A stretch of DNA of 64,000 nt from positions 58,714,001 to 58,778,000 of the forward strand of contig OX597825.1 in assembly GCA_951406725.2 (NCBI GenBank), given 5' to 3'. Source of the DNA: Octopus vulgaris (taxonomy: Eukaryota). Below are positions 39,309 to 53,999 of the stretch, piece by piece. The position numbers and the translations under genes were made by a program. The notes below the pieces were generated by a model. The model saw only the letters and a program-made list of their open reading frames with translations. It did not search any database and was not told the origin of the DNA. Position 1 is the stretch's first letter; each line of letters begins with the position of its first letter.

Positions 39309-40071
39309 TCAGGTCATCCCATAAGATCTGTTCGATTTTACCTTTTTCAAAATTGAATGAAATTTAATAGTCTTTTTAGAATGTCTTATGGAATTAAAAA
39401 TTATTTTTATGCATTTGTGTACATTTAAACTAATTAAATTTTATTTTACAGAATAATCGAATAAAAATTTCTTTGATTAAAACCCTTTCTAACGTGGAAG
39501 TATCCAAAGAGCATTTGAGGCACATAATGCTTTATGAGTACAAAAAGGAAACTCTGCAGCCGAAGCGACTCGAAGCATACATTCAGTTTATGGGAAAGAA
39601 TACTTGAATGAAAAAATTGCAGAAGATGGTTTGCAAAATTCGGAAGTGGAGATTTCAGCCTTGAAGATGAAGATCGAACAGGACGTCCAGTTGAGTTTGA
39701 TGATAAGCTCCTTGAAGAAAATCCTGCATTATCAGTTGAAGAATTGGCAATAAAGCTTAGTTCAAACCATACAACTGTTCATTGTCATCTTCAACAACTT
39801 GGAAAGGTTCCTAAACTTGGAAAATGGATGCCTCATGAATACTCATAAAGCATTATGTGCCTTAAATGCTCTTTGGATACTTCCATGTTAGAAAAGGTTT
39901 CAATCAAAGGAATTTTAATTCTATTATTCTGTAAAATAAAATTTAATTAGTTTAAATGTACACAAATGTATAAAAATAATTTTTAATTCCATTAGACATT
40001 TTAAGATACTATTAAATTTCATTCAATTTTTAAAAAAGGTAAAATCGGACAGAACTTATGGGATGACCTTA
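39309..40071 (+). mobile_element. mariner derivative with ~230 bp inverted ends and a transposase N-terminal remnant
   Basis: TA-flanked TIRs TCAGGTCATCCCATAAG; KEHLRHIMLYEY...RRWFAKFGSGDFSLEDEDRTGRP...GKWMPHE; 39840-40071 is the reverse complement of 39309-39540. Confidence 0.9.
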
Positions 40072-40839
40072 TATAATACAAAAAACGTATACATAATCAA
40101 AGAACTTCTGAAGCTATTTGAGAATCACAAAGAATCGGTTGATATGAAAAACCAAAACGATTCTTTGAATAAAACAAAAGTGTTCAACTCAAACTAAAAA
40201 AGATTTTATGAAGAACTTGGTGAAAATAAAAATATGATAAAGATAAAAATGGTAAAAAAATAAATATAAATGCACCGGCAAGAGAAGTAGAAGTAGGAGA
40301 ATAAATAACGAAGGAATGACTTTGGCCTTCCCCTTCCATCATAACAAATTGGAAGGACATGAGAACAGAAATGGCCCCACATAGTGAAAGCAAACTAGAA
40401 GGCACCATGATATGATAAGATTGTAAACATCTAATTAAAATATTGATTAGAGACATACAAAATTCCAACAGACAGATTAAATGAGATACTGACAAAGCTA
40501 GAAAACCAGAGAGATTTAGTTGCCATTTTTAGCAGGCTGAGCAACCACTTAGGGACTCGCTCAATGAATATCTTGTATGGTTATCTTGATTATTAGCTGT
40601 TGTTGTACTACTTTTTGTTGTTATTGACACTAAATGGGTTTTGACAGTATTACACTTAAGAGGATTCTGAAAGCATTAACCTTGAATAAGATTGCAGAAG
40701 TAGATACAGTAAACATGGTATGGAGTAAACAATTTTGTAGTTGCAGACAAATTGCATGCATTTTAGAAGAGGAATATTCAAAACGAACTTTCTCTCTTCA
40801 CTCATTTTTTACTTGACACCGACATCTTTAATTGCTATG

Positions 40840-41720
40840 GGGAGACAATCACCAACCCTTTGCCTACGAATGACCTCAGACTGTACGCTGAAGATACTAA
40901 ACAAGTAAAAACACTGCTACAGACAGAACACAAATTTACTACTACTGATACGAGATTGGGTTAGAATAATGCGGAAAGTTAGCCTTGAAGAGAGGAAAAT
41001 TAATTAAGAATACTAATATTAAGTTAGATATGATACAGAGATAAAATGATTAGACCAAATACAGACGTACAAATACTTGGGAGTTAATGAGTTAAACAGA
41101 ATATAACACGCACAAGCGAAAGAAAAGTTTAGGAAGGACTATTACAGACATATTAGATTAATATATATAACATACCAATAAGGTAATATGCATCAATACT
41201 CTGGCTATTCCAGTAATAATTTATAATTATATTCTTAACATCTGAAAATCCGAAACAGAGATTATATTAACAGTGAATACATGAAGATAGAATTTTAGGA
41301 AACTAAAAAATGGAAGTAAAACATCCATTGTAAGGCAACAAAAATATTTGACAAAGAATGAAGTTAAATAACTAGTAAGATTGTACGAACAACACAGAAA
41401 TAAACAGTTATTTATTTTTAAGGATGTCAACAAATATAAAAGAGACGCCGAGTTAAAAAATAATTGTAAGTATTAATAGGACTGAGTACCATCCACGGAA
41501 ATTATCGGAAAAAGAACAAACAAACGAAGTTCTAAGTTGATAAAGGGACGAGAGAATGTAGTGTTTAAGATGACGGCAAGTAAAGACTCTAGCAAGTGCG
41601 AGGGATATTTGAGCACACTTAATTATCACTATATTAATCTACTCAAATCAATTAAAAGATTTTCATTATTTTTTTTTTTCATATCCTTCATGGCAGATAA
41701 AATGCTAGCACAAGAAATGT
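40840..41720 (+). pseudogene. Highly decayed R4/Dong-type reverse transcriptase remnant
   Basis: NDLRLYAED (cf. DDLKLYA), TYKYLGV and NKVICINTLAIPVII in broken frames; may extend upstream to ~40180. Confidence 0.65.
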
Positions 41721-41724
41721 AAAG

Positions 41725-42778
41725 ACATGCAGTCATTATTGTCACATGTGGAGAACAGTGATTTAGAAATTATCGACTTTCTAAATCTTGCAAGGTCGCT
41801 TGTACACAAGGTTCGGATGGAAATGGAAACCTCTGACGGGAGTGTTTCAATTATATCAAAAGAAAACACATTCTAAACTATATGGACAACGCAATTCATT
41901 CAACGGGTTCAAACATTATCGATGATAATCCTGGAAAATCAACGAGGGCTATCGACAAAGGACTTCTGGTATCGGAGTGGATTATCAAAACTGTGGTACA
42001 CGAGGACATCCTATACAAGTCGCATGTATCGTATGTACCAAGGAGAGGCCAATTCATGTCTACAGATTCAAGAAAACCATTTGATCCATGCTAGGCTGTT
42101 ACTTACCAAGGTTTAAAACTTCCCACGAACATGGCATTCTTTGGTTATTCTCTGATGAGAAAAACTTCGATCAAAGCCAAAAGTCTGGAGGGAGAAATGA
42201 CGGATGGTTATGTACAAATGCAATTAAGTTTTCAACTACTGCGATGGTTTTAGGAGTAGTGAGTAAGGAAGATCATGTCATGTTATTTTACATTTTTCCA
42301 CAGGATTTTAAAATTAGTGTTGTTAGATACGTCGAGGCGCTCGAGACGGTTGTTAAGCCCTGGATGGATGAAGTACGCAGTGGAAGGACATATGTATCTC
42401 AACAACACTCAGCACGTCCTCACAGAGCCAGTGTACGCCAAAAATGGATGTTAGACAATTTCTACCAGATTTAAATCTTATGGACTACTATGTTTTAGAC
42501 TTTGCTGAAAGGGAAACTAATTGACATCCTCATAGCTTCATTGAAGGCCCCCATTATCCAGGTGATGTTTCTCAAGAATAAGGACCATTCAGTGTGCAAG
42601 CATGTCAATGATTCTGATCCTGCATTGAAGTTGAGGGTGAATTTATAGAATAATCTTATCAGAAAGCTTATCGAGAACATGCACACAAATTTTCATTAAA
42701 GTACATTACGGTCCTTGCTAGATTTGAATTGTTTTATTAAATTACCAAATATGTCCTCAAATACCTCTCGCACCCTTT
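41725..42778 (+). mobile_element. Tc1/mariner-superfamily (maT/DD37D-like) remnant
   Basis: ORF 42088-42474: LFSDEKNFDQ...MVLGVVS...LETVVKPWM...YVSQQHSARPH. Confidence 0.8.
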
Positions 42779-42837
42779 ATATACATACATACATACAAAC
42801 ATACATACATACATACATATATACATGCATACATGCA

Positions 42838-42896
<59 letters not shown>

Positions 42897-43074
42897 ATGT
42901 GTGTGTGTATTATTAAGCCAGAAATTGGAGAGATTTAATGGATAACATTAATATATTAATTAACATAGCCTCCAATTGTTTCAATTCACACTCAAATGAA
43001 GATTTTGAGTGGAATATTATCAGGGAGAAAGGACATTAAGTTACATGTTGACTGGTTGAGACGTTTATCATGCA

Positions 43075-44380
43075 GTTGAACGGCGTGGTCTTGCTTCTCC
43101 AGGTGCCGAGCCGCAAGCCTACTGATTTTTCCTGGTTAATCGCCACTCCTGAAACCGCTTCGTAGTCCCTGTGAGCGGTGCCGATCTTTTCTATGTGTTT
43201 ATGATCTGATACCACTACGGTGAAGTCGTCGGCATGTGCCGACACACATCTCCCACATCCTAGGTCACGCGAGATGTCTCACAATGCCTCCAGTTTGTGT
43301 AGTAGTGGCTCGAGAGTCAGTATATACAAGAGAGACGAGAGGGGTAACCTTGCCGGACCGAGTGCATGATGTTGAACGGCTCTGAGAGGTGACCATTCTC
43401 TCTGACCACTGGACAGATGACGCTGTACGTTGCAGCGATCCGGCCCCTGAACACAGGCTCGATACCAGCTACTTTGAGGACCGCCGCCAGGTATAGATGG
43501 TCGACCCTAACGAAAGCTTTAGACTGATCTAAATTGATCAGGGCCTTACTCATGCCAGGTTCTTTATCCATTTTCGCATGAGCTGGAGGATGTCGTGGAT
43601 GGATCTTTTCGGGATGGCACATGTAAATGCCTCCCCTACTAGATACCCTAAAACAAGCACCAATCTCGTAGCTAACACTTTGACCAAAATTTTGAATTCT
43701 GCATTCAGCAAAGTTATGGGCCTAAAGTTGTCAATACAATCCCCTTGTTCGGGTCTTTTCTCAGCAACGCCACCGCTCCTCGGCTCAAAAAATTGGGAGT
43801 TCTTCCATTTTGTTGCCAGTTGTAGTAAACGTTTGCTAAGAGGCCACCGAACAAGTCTGGCATGTAAGCGTAAAGTTTGTAAGGCAGACCATCTAAATGA
43901 GGCGATTTACCCATTGTGCAATTAGCCATTGCTTCCCGTATTTCAAAGACTGTTATTGGCCTTTCACAACGCTCCGCCTCTCGAACAGTTGAGCGAAGCT
44001 CTGCTGAAAGGCCGCACACAACTGTCTCGGATAAGTTATCATTTGCCCGTCGTGGCTCAGCAAGAATCGGATCGTGGATTTATTGCCACGCCGTGCCTCA
44101 ATCACTCTGGCCCATTGAACGGCTTTCGTCCTTTCGTGTCTAAGTGCTCGTACCTTAGCTCTAACAACTCAACCATCGTGTTTCGCGTTGAAGAATTAGT
44201 CGAGTGCCAATTTCGCTGCGAGCACGGTCGATGCCTTTTCTAAAAGCCTCGTCTAACTTTTTGACTAACCCTGTCTCTATTCTGTTTCTTTCAACTGCTA
44301 GTCCTTTGCTGAACCTTATCGATTGTCTTTTAATCGCCCTTTTCAGAGCGGACCGCTATTTATTGTTAATTATAGCCCCC
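43075..44380 (-). mobile_element. L1/Tx1-clade LINE reverse transcriptase fragment
   Basis: GKSPHLDGLP, NFRPITLLNAEFKIL, NLDQSKAFVRVDH, SVRQG and SAHADDF (cf. YADD); frameshifted. Confidence 0.9.
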
Positions 44381-45254
44381 CGATAATAAGAGTAACGTAA
44401 TATACTTGAAATATCAAATGTTTTGGTGCGTAGCTTTTGCCCCACCCTGTATTACTGTTGTCTAGTTGCTATGTACACACACACATATATACTCATATAT
44501 GTATGCGTATGTATGTATGCATATACATACATACATACATGCATACATAGACACAAACTGCCATACATACATACATACATACATACATACATACATACAT
44601 ACATACATACATACATGCATGCATACATACAAGACAGCTAGACAATGAAAGAAATATAAAAGACAGATAAATGAACGCAGATGTAATGAGCAGCAGAAAA
44701 AGAAAAGGCGAGAGAGAGAGAGAAGGGGGAGATTGCAAGTGTATATTTTGTGTAAGAAGACTAAGTATGTTTAAATATTTGTTCACCACTTAATAAAGCT
44801 ATCACATTATAATTGCCCCACATCTATAATTAAGTAGCTAACCTATCGATTGAACTCGCAATGCCATCGTTTACATGCCATTTCTACATATTGATGACAA
44901 TACACTGAGTTATTTCAATAAATAACTGTGCTATGAATTGTTGTAGTAGTAACTGTTGTTGTCTTCTTGTTCTTCCAATCAGGACTCACACAATTAGCCA
45001 CAAAGAATAATCTCTAATTCGAGCCTACTCTAAGCTACTAAAAATGCGTGTGGCAACTTGAAGATTCACCAACCACATGCGATAGACTGGCGGTTGCACG
45101 GGCGCGAAAACTACGTTGTTATCCTCATTCCGTAAACGGTGGCTTTTAACGGGTGGAGAGCTGAACCATCCTGGGGTACAGAGGATTCGCAATCTAGACT
45201 AGGGTCTGAAAGTTTACCACACCATAGTGGGTTACACCGTGGTTCCTCTGCTTT

Positions 45255-45378
45255 GTGACAGAAGTAGGAAGAAAGAGTGAGAGGAAGTTGTGGTGAAAGA
45301 GTACAGCGGGGTTGCCCCCGCCACACGCCGGAACCTCGTGGAGCTTCGATGTTTTTGCTCAATAAACACTCACAACTG
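45255..45378 (-). mobile_element. Family A SINE fragment
   Basis: GTGAGAGGAAGTTGTGGTGAAAGAGTACAGC...GCTCAATAAACAC matches 1889-1984. Confidence 0.7.
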
Positions 45379-45671
45379 AGTCATACCTGGTTGAGTAGAC
45401 CCGTGGTGATAAAAAAAAAACATTGCCGCTTGACCACACCGCTTTCTGTCGTATATTTCGTATCCAAGACTACATTATCCATTGTCCCTCGCCGTTCATA
45501 TGTAATTTGAGAGAGAGATTTGGTCGATCAACCACGCAAAGACAAACTCATTGACTGGTTCAGTTATCTTGATTACTACACAAGACAGTGTTGTAATTGC
45601 TATTGTTATTGTCATCGCCGTTGTTTTTAGCGAGTGTTGTGAGCCCTATGCAATTTATCTAACCATGTCAT

Positions 45672-45874
45672 ACTCTTTTACTTGTTTCAGTCATTTGACT
45701 GTGGCCATGCTGGAGCACCGTCTTTAGTCGAGGAAATCGCCCCCAGGACTTATTCTTTGTAAGCCTAGTACTTATTCTATCGGTCTCTTTTTGCCGAACC
45801 GCTAAGTTACGGGGACGTAAACACACCAGCATCGGTTGTCAAGTGATGTTGGGGGGACAAACACAGACACACAA

Positions 45875-45939
<65 letters not shown>

Positions 45940-46097
45940 CATATATACGACGGGCTTCTTTCAGTTTCCGTCTACCAAATCCACTCACAAGTCTTTGGTC
46001 GGCCCGAGGCTATAGTAGAACAAGGTGCCACGCAGTGGGACTGAACCCGGAACCATGTGGTTGGTAAGCAAGCTACTTACCACACAGCCACTCCCAA
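45672..46097 (-). mobile_element. Family C SINE, near full length
   Basis: Collinear with 56320-56779. Confidence 0.9.
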
Positions 46098-46210
46098 GCC
46101 TATATCACGAAAAATATTTTGTTCAAACCCGACAACGTAAACTTTACCAATTATCTTTTTGACCTCACCCTTCTCAACACCAAATTTGAGGCCATTTACC
46201 TCTGTAGTAA

Positions 46211-46262
<52 letters not shown>

Positions 46263-46267
46263 AATTA

Positions 46268-46473
46268 GCGGTGAGCTGGCAGTATCGTTACCGCGTCGGA
46301 CAAAATATTTTGTGGCATTTCATCCATCTTTTATGTCCTAAGTTCAAATTCCGCTAAGTCGACTTTGCCTTTCATCCTTTTCGGGGTCGATGAAATAAGT
46401 ACAAGTTAAACACTGGAGTCAATGTAATCAACTAACCTCTCAAATATTTCAAGCCTTGTGCCTAGAAAGGATT
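46268..46473 (+). mobile_element. Family B SINE
   Basis: GCGGTGAGCTGGCAG...GTCGACTTTGCCTTTCATCC. Confidence 0.8.
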
Positions 46474-46486
46474 GTTTTAATTGTCC

Positions 46487-47052
<566 letters not shown>

Positions 47053-47869
47053 TTGCACACTTTCATTGCTCAACCGAGCGCAGCTCTGTGTGCCTTCTGT
47101 ACGTGCAGTATTTTAGTTTCATATTTTAGTTTCATATTTTAGTTCCTGCGCTTTGTATACATTGTTTTCACTATCCTTTATCAACTTCTGCTTTTATTCA
47201 TATCGGTATTAATCATACAGAGGATGTAAGAGATATTTGAAGAGATATTTGGTAATTTAATAAAACGATTCTAGTCCAGTAAAAATCTAATGCACTTTAA
47301 TGAAAATGTGTGCACATTTTCTCGGTTAGTTTTCTCATAAGATTATTCTGTACGGAGGTCTAGATTCGAAACTGTGTAGGTTTTGTAACTAGGATCAGGC
47401 CATATCGGATCAGGCGGCTGCCTGAATACTAACCAGTCATTTTGCTGCATATCAACCCGTATGTTCCAGATGTTCTCGCGTAAATGGTGGTTATAAAAGT
47501 GAAGGTGAGGTCAAACACACCAAAGGCGCACATAGGTGACACGGATAACAAGTCTGTAAGAAGATTAGCTTCATGGCTGCTACTCAACCCCAAGTTAAAT
47601 GAATCGTCGACAATGAAGAACAGAATATTTTCCTGCCCCTCACATGAAGCCATTCTTATCTGTTATTAACTATGAACTCCATTTACTACCGGCAAACCGC
47701 AATACAGCCCTGGCAAGGATCTGTATAATTATGTAAATATTGTGATACACAAATGTATAAATAAATGTTTATCAAACACCATTAGGAGCTGGTTTTAACA
47801 AGGGACAGCACGCAGCTAAACTCCATACCAAATTAAAAAATAAACCGGGCCGACAGTTCTATGAATAAT

Positions 47870-48662
47870 CAAGCCAGGCCGACAATTCTATGAATCCGTC
47901 TTCAGCTTCGGTTACTACTTCAATGCAGGACCGGAATCATTGAAATGCCAGCACTGAATGGTCCATATTCATTTCGGACATCCCCTGGACAATGGCAGCC
48001 TTCAGTCAAGTATTGTGAAGATGTCAGTTAATCTCCCTTTCAACAACGCCGCAAACGTAGTCTATAGGGTTTAAATCTGGCGGGTTTGGAGGCTTTTGGT
48101 GTTGGTTTTATCTTATCGAACAGACTGGCTCATATCCATTCTTGGCTTACGTGGGTTTTGTGAAAAGGTACTGGATCTTGTTGAGATGCATATGGCCTTC
48201 CACTGCATACTTCAACCATCCAGTGCTTAAAAACTGTCTCTAGCACTTCAACGTATCCAGTAACATTAATTCCAAGACTCTGTGACAAGATGTGAGGTAT
48301 TCACCACTTCTAAAACCAGTAGTCTATAGGGTTTAAATCTGGCGGGTTTGGAGGCTTTTGGTGTTGGTTTTATCTTATCGAACAGACTGGCTCATATCCA
48401 TTCTTGGCTTACGTGGGTTTTGTGAAAAGGTACTGGATCTTGTTGAGATGCATATGGCCTTCCACTGCATACTTCAACCATCCAGTGCTTAAAAACTGTC
48501 TCTAGCACTTCAACGTATCCAGTAACATTAATTCCAAGACTCTGTGACAAGATGTGAGGTATTCACCACTTCTAAAACCATTATAGTTATTGGAAATTTT
48601 TAAAATTTTTAGTTACATAGAAATTATTTTAAAAATCTGCCGGTCAAAGTGAAAGTATCCCA
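47870..48662 (-). mobile_element. Tc1/mariner-type transposase remnant containing a 262 bp tandem duplication
   Basis: PPNPPDLNPIDY (SPDLNP-type motif); 48057-48318 is repeated at 48319-48580. Confidence 0.75.
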
Positions 48663-49927
48663 GATTACAAAGTAGAGAATACACAATTTCTTAAGTCGAC
48701 TGCTGTTTCAGGAACCTCGGATTTACGTAATAATCGTTTCATAATTTGCAGGAGTGTGCAAGTCCGGTTTCCTTCATCAAGAGAGTCCAAAAATGAATGA
48801 ATGTATGTATGAGTGTATGTACGTGTGTATGTATATATATATATATATACATACACCACAAATATATACATAAATATGTGTGTGTGTGTATATTTGTACA
48901 TATACATTTTCCCAATGGTAATACCTCAGCTTTCTGTTTCATTGTATTTCGTTAAGACAAAAAAAAGACACGTGGAACTAGTCTAAATACCAACAATACC
49001 ATCGACTTGACCAGCAGCAGGAGCAACAAACAACAGCAGCAGCAACAGCAACAATGATACTAACATTGCTAGTAACCTAACACTACTAACATTAACACTG
49101 ACACCATCAATACCCATCATCATCGTCATCGTCATCATCATCATCATCATCATCATTATGACGACCACAATAACCAACAACGACGGTTTTTTTGTATTTT
49201 TATAGAAAAAGAGCATCAACGATCAACTCAAAGAGCAAAACTACTGTCACTATCAATTAGTGGTCTTCCCCGCTCCGCCCCGCTCTGGCCCACTCCATCA
49301 AAAGACAATTAAACAAACACCACACAAACACACGCACACACACATACACATAGACACACTCATACATACACACGCATTTACATGTGCGCGTATATTCACA
49401 CACAAAGATTCTCCCCTCAATAACTCTTATAAGTTTTACCTTCAAAAACTAAACAAATAAATATGAATAGAAAAAAAAAGAAGAGGACAAAAGAAGGGGA
49501 AGGAGAATAAAAGAATGAGGAGGTGGGGAATGAAAGAGTGAGGGGAAGGGGATGAGAGAGAGAGAGAGCGCGCGGTCTGTAGGGAAAGTGAAAGTAAAAG
49601 AGTGAAAGAGATAATAATGGTGGGGAGAGAGAGAGATTAAGAGAAGGTAAACTTTAAAGAAAGAAAATTTCAAGAAGGTAGAAAGGAAGAGGAAAAAGAA
49701 AGGAAGACTAGAGGTAAGACAGGAAGGAAGGAAAGAAGGAAAAAACGAAGACAGGGTAGGGCAGACAGAAAGTTAGAAAGAAAGGAAGAAGGTGAACGTG
49801 TAAGAGGACAATAGAGAAAAAGAATAAGAAAGAACTTCAAAAAGAAAAAGACAGTGTGAACGAAAGAGTGAAAGACAAAGAAAGAAGTGAAGGAAATTAT
49901 GTGATAGATGAAGTAGAAGAGAGATTG

Positions 49928-49986
<59 letters not shown>

Positions 49987-49987
49987 C

Positions 49988-50102
<115 letters not shown>

Positions 50103-50949
50103 CAGATAGATAGATAGATAAGTAGAGAGACAGACAGGTAGACAGACAGATAGATGGAGAAAGAGCGAGGTGGGGGGATAGAGAAAGAGAGGAGTGTGAA
50201 ACAAAAGATCTCCGGACTGTTTGAGTTCCATTATTCCCCATTAGTATTGCACGTGGAATTATAACTAGTCAACGGCTGAAGTTTTATAGATCTCCTCCTC
50301 CTATCTATAATATTACTATGGAGTAAAAGGAGGAGCGAGAAGAGGGATGCGGAGGAAGGGGAGTTGCGTGAAGTAACGAGGCGTGGTGGTGGTGGTGATG
50401 GTGATGGTGGTGGTGGTGGTTGTGGTCGTAATTGTGGTTGTATTTGTTTTCTTTTTCTTATTTTTTTGTTTTATATTTTTCATGTTTGGCCTTCTCTGCT
50501 CATCGACCTAACACACACACACATACACACACACAAGTAGGTTTTTCCATTGCGATAAACAAAGAAATAATAATAATAATGATAACGATGGCTGTAATAA
50601 GTATAATAATAACAAAGAATAAGACAACAACAAAATAAAACTATGTTTTAGTTAGATGTGTTGCTGTTGCTGCTGCGGCTACCGCTGCCCTTGTCTACTC
50701 ATCCACCTATAACAGTCACAGGTAAGTTAAAAGTTACATTAACACCTGTAACAGAAACTACAAAATTATAACACGGATTCTCTAAACTTGGCTAAAACTT
50801 TAAGAGAAAAACAACCCACTGAAGCAACACATACATACATACATACATACATACATACATACATACATACATACATTATACTCACTTTATATATATATAT
50901 ATATATTTGTATGTATATATATCGTAAGATAATAATTTTTTAAATTTCT

Positions 50950-51359
50950 AAATTGTTTCAGTCATTGCTCTGCGGCCATGCTGGGGTCAAATCGATCCCG
51001 CTACTTGCTTTTTAAATCCTCGTACTTATGCTATCGTTCACTTTCGCAGGAAGGCTAAGTTACTGGAACGTAAACAAACCAGCACCGGTTTTCAAACTGT
51101 GGTGAGGGACAAACTGACAAACATACATACATACACACATACATACATACACACATACATACATACATACTTCCATACATACATACTTCCATACATACAT
51201 ACATACATACATACATACAACAATACATACATACATACACACATACATAGATACATACATACATACTTCCATACATACATACATACATACATACATACAT
51301 ACATACATACATACATACATACTTCCATACATACATACATACATACATACATACATACA

Positions 51360-51391
<32 letters not shown>

Positions 51392-51498
51392 CGACGGGAT
51401 TCCTTCGGTTCCCCTTTACCAAATTCAGTCACAAGTGGCACTGAACCCGGAACCATGTTGTTGGAAAGCAAACTTCTTAACGAGACAGCCACACCTGT
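50950..51498 (-). mobile_element. Family C SINE with an expanded (CATA)n interior
   Basis: Both halves match family C. Confidence 0.8.
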
Positions 51499-52084
51499 AG
51501 ACTATGTTCAAATATATATTTGCATTGTCTTATGTAAAGCTGAATACGTGAGACACAAGAAATAGAGGTTTTTTTTATTTACGTATATTATATCGAAAGA
51601 TCACTGATATCTACTCTGAATTTTGCCCCGCTGCAAACAACTCAGCCTTGGGTAAAACTCGGAGTAAAGTATCAAATTTATGTTTGCTTGTATGCGTGCG
51701 AGCGTGAGTGTGAATGTGTGTGTGTGTGTGTGTAGGTATGTAAAAGTATGTTGTGTATTACTCGCGTACACACACACAAACAGACATCTATATATCTGCG
51801 TATGTATGTATGCATGCATGTATGTATGTATGTATGTATGTATGTATGTATGTATGTATGTATGTATGTATGTATGCAGGTGTGTGTGTGTGTATATATA
51901 TATATAATATGTATACACACACACACTTATCTGCATACACGCATGCACACACATACTGAATCTAAAAAATGCATGCTGAATCAAAAAGTCCGTACGTGTG
52001 TGGTGTCTAATATTTACCATTATAATAGTTCTTTCTAATTTTTGCATAAGGTCAGCATTTCTAAAGTAAGGTTTAGTCATTACA

Positions 52085-52665
52085 TCGACCCCAGAACTTA
52101 TTCTTTGTAAGCCTAATACTTATTCTATCGGGCTTTTGAGCCGAACCGCTAGGTTATGGGGACGTAAACACACCAGTATCGGTTGTCAAGCGATGGTGGG
52201 GGGGGGGACAAACACATACAAACATATACATATATATATATATTTTTTAAGGAGTTCGCTTCAAGAGTTGCTTTCCCTCGCGTTCGGTACGCTGTATTTA
52301 TTATGGTAGTTTTGACTTCAAGAATCCCCCATAGCGTGAGGCGTTTATGTGTAGTAATGCCCTTATTATAACTAATATATAACAGTCACAGGTAAGTTAA
52401 AAGTTACATTAACACCTGTAACAGAACCTGCAAAATTATAACATGGATTCTCTAAACTTGGCTAAAACTTTAAGAGAAAAACAACCCACTGAAGCAATAC
52501 GACGGGTTCCTTTCTGTTTCCGTCTACCAAATTCCCCTCACAAGGCTATAGTAGAAGACACTTGCCCGAGGCTATAGTAAAAGGTACTTGCCTAAGGTGC
52601 CACGCAGTGGGACTGAACCCGGAACCATGTGGTTGGTAAGCAAGCTACTTACCACACAGCCAGTC
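52085..52665 (-). mobile_element. Family C SINE interrupted at its microsatellite by ~250 bp of foreign sequence
   Basis: SINE halves at 52085-52240 and 52498-52665; the insert includes a copy of 50709-50827. Confidence 0.8.
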
Positions 52666-52904
52666 CAGCATCTAGACAAAAAAAAAAAAAATCTTTGTGC
52701 GTGATTTAAGGGTAACTTAGCTGTTATTTTTAGCACATCTCACAACCACCTGATGCGTTGCTCGTTACTTTGTCACTCTGACACACACAAACGCACATGC
52801 ACGCGCACATATACGCTCAGGTATATACACCGTAAATACACCGCATATATATATATATATTATTGCTATAGCCATCATCTACTTTACAACACCATCATTA
52901 ATAA

Positions 52905-53026
<122 letters not shown>

Positions 53027-53515
53027 ACAACAACACCCTAAACTCACCGCTGGCGTGAAACTAATTTATATATCATATCTTGATGGAATTCTTCTGGTGC
53101 TTTACTTGGTAACCATAGTGACCGTGCCTGGCATTCATCATGTGTCTATGTATGTAATATGTGTCTTTTTGTGCGTATGTACATATGCATGTATATGAGT
53201 GTTTGTGTCTCTGTGCCTAAGCATATACGGATGTGTATAATATATACATGTATATGAATGTGCATATATATGTGTACACACTACACAAACATATATGTGT
53301 GTGTGTTTGTATATAGATGCCTATATAAGTGTACACACATATATATGCACATTCATATATATATGTATATATACACACACATATATATACACACACACTT
53401 ATCTGTATATATATATATACATTTATACATATGTGTATGTGTATATATATGTATATATACATGTACATTTATACATGTGTATGTGTATATACATATGTAT
53501 ATATATATATATATG

Positions 53516-53553
<38 letters not shown>

Positions 53554-53562
53554 CATACATAT

Positions 53563-53599
<37 letters not shown>

Positions 53600-53999
53600 C
53601 ATATATATGTATGTATATATATATATATATATATATTATAAACGCTTGTGCGTGTGTATGTGTGTGTACTAACATGTGTATACTGAGGTGCATGGTTTAG
53701 GGGTCCGCGTGTTATGATCATAATAGTTACGTCTTTGAGTTCGATTCCCGGCAGGTGTGTTGCGTCGCAAGCATTTGTTTTCACGTTGTTACCGTCCAAT
53801 CAACTGAAACGAGTACCCGAAGTAGTTAGAAAGTAATTCTGTGATGGACTGGTACTGCTTCAGTACCTCAGAAATGCCTCCTAAATCAGTGCTTCTCAAA
53901 GTGGTCGATATCACCCACTGGGGAGCGGTGGAGACGTTTATATGGGTACTAGGGGAGAGAAAGTATAGTAAGGGGGAAAGGCTGTAGATGCATCTCTCT

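Noticed and set aside
47429-47669. Weak resemblance to GIY-YIG (KAHIGDT) or RT (IVDDSF) motifs
   Set aside because: Motifs are too short and lie on opposite strands; a profile search would be needed.
49262-49300. GC box (CCGCCCC) as a possible promoter
   Set aside because: Single motif with no supporting TSS or exon evidence.
50245-50265. TATTGCAC, a miR-92-like seed
   Set aside because: The rest does not match miR-92 and no precursor hairpin is evident.
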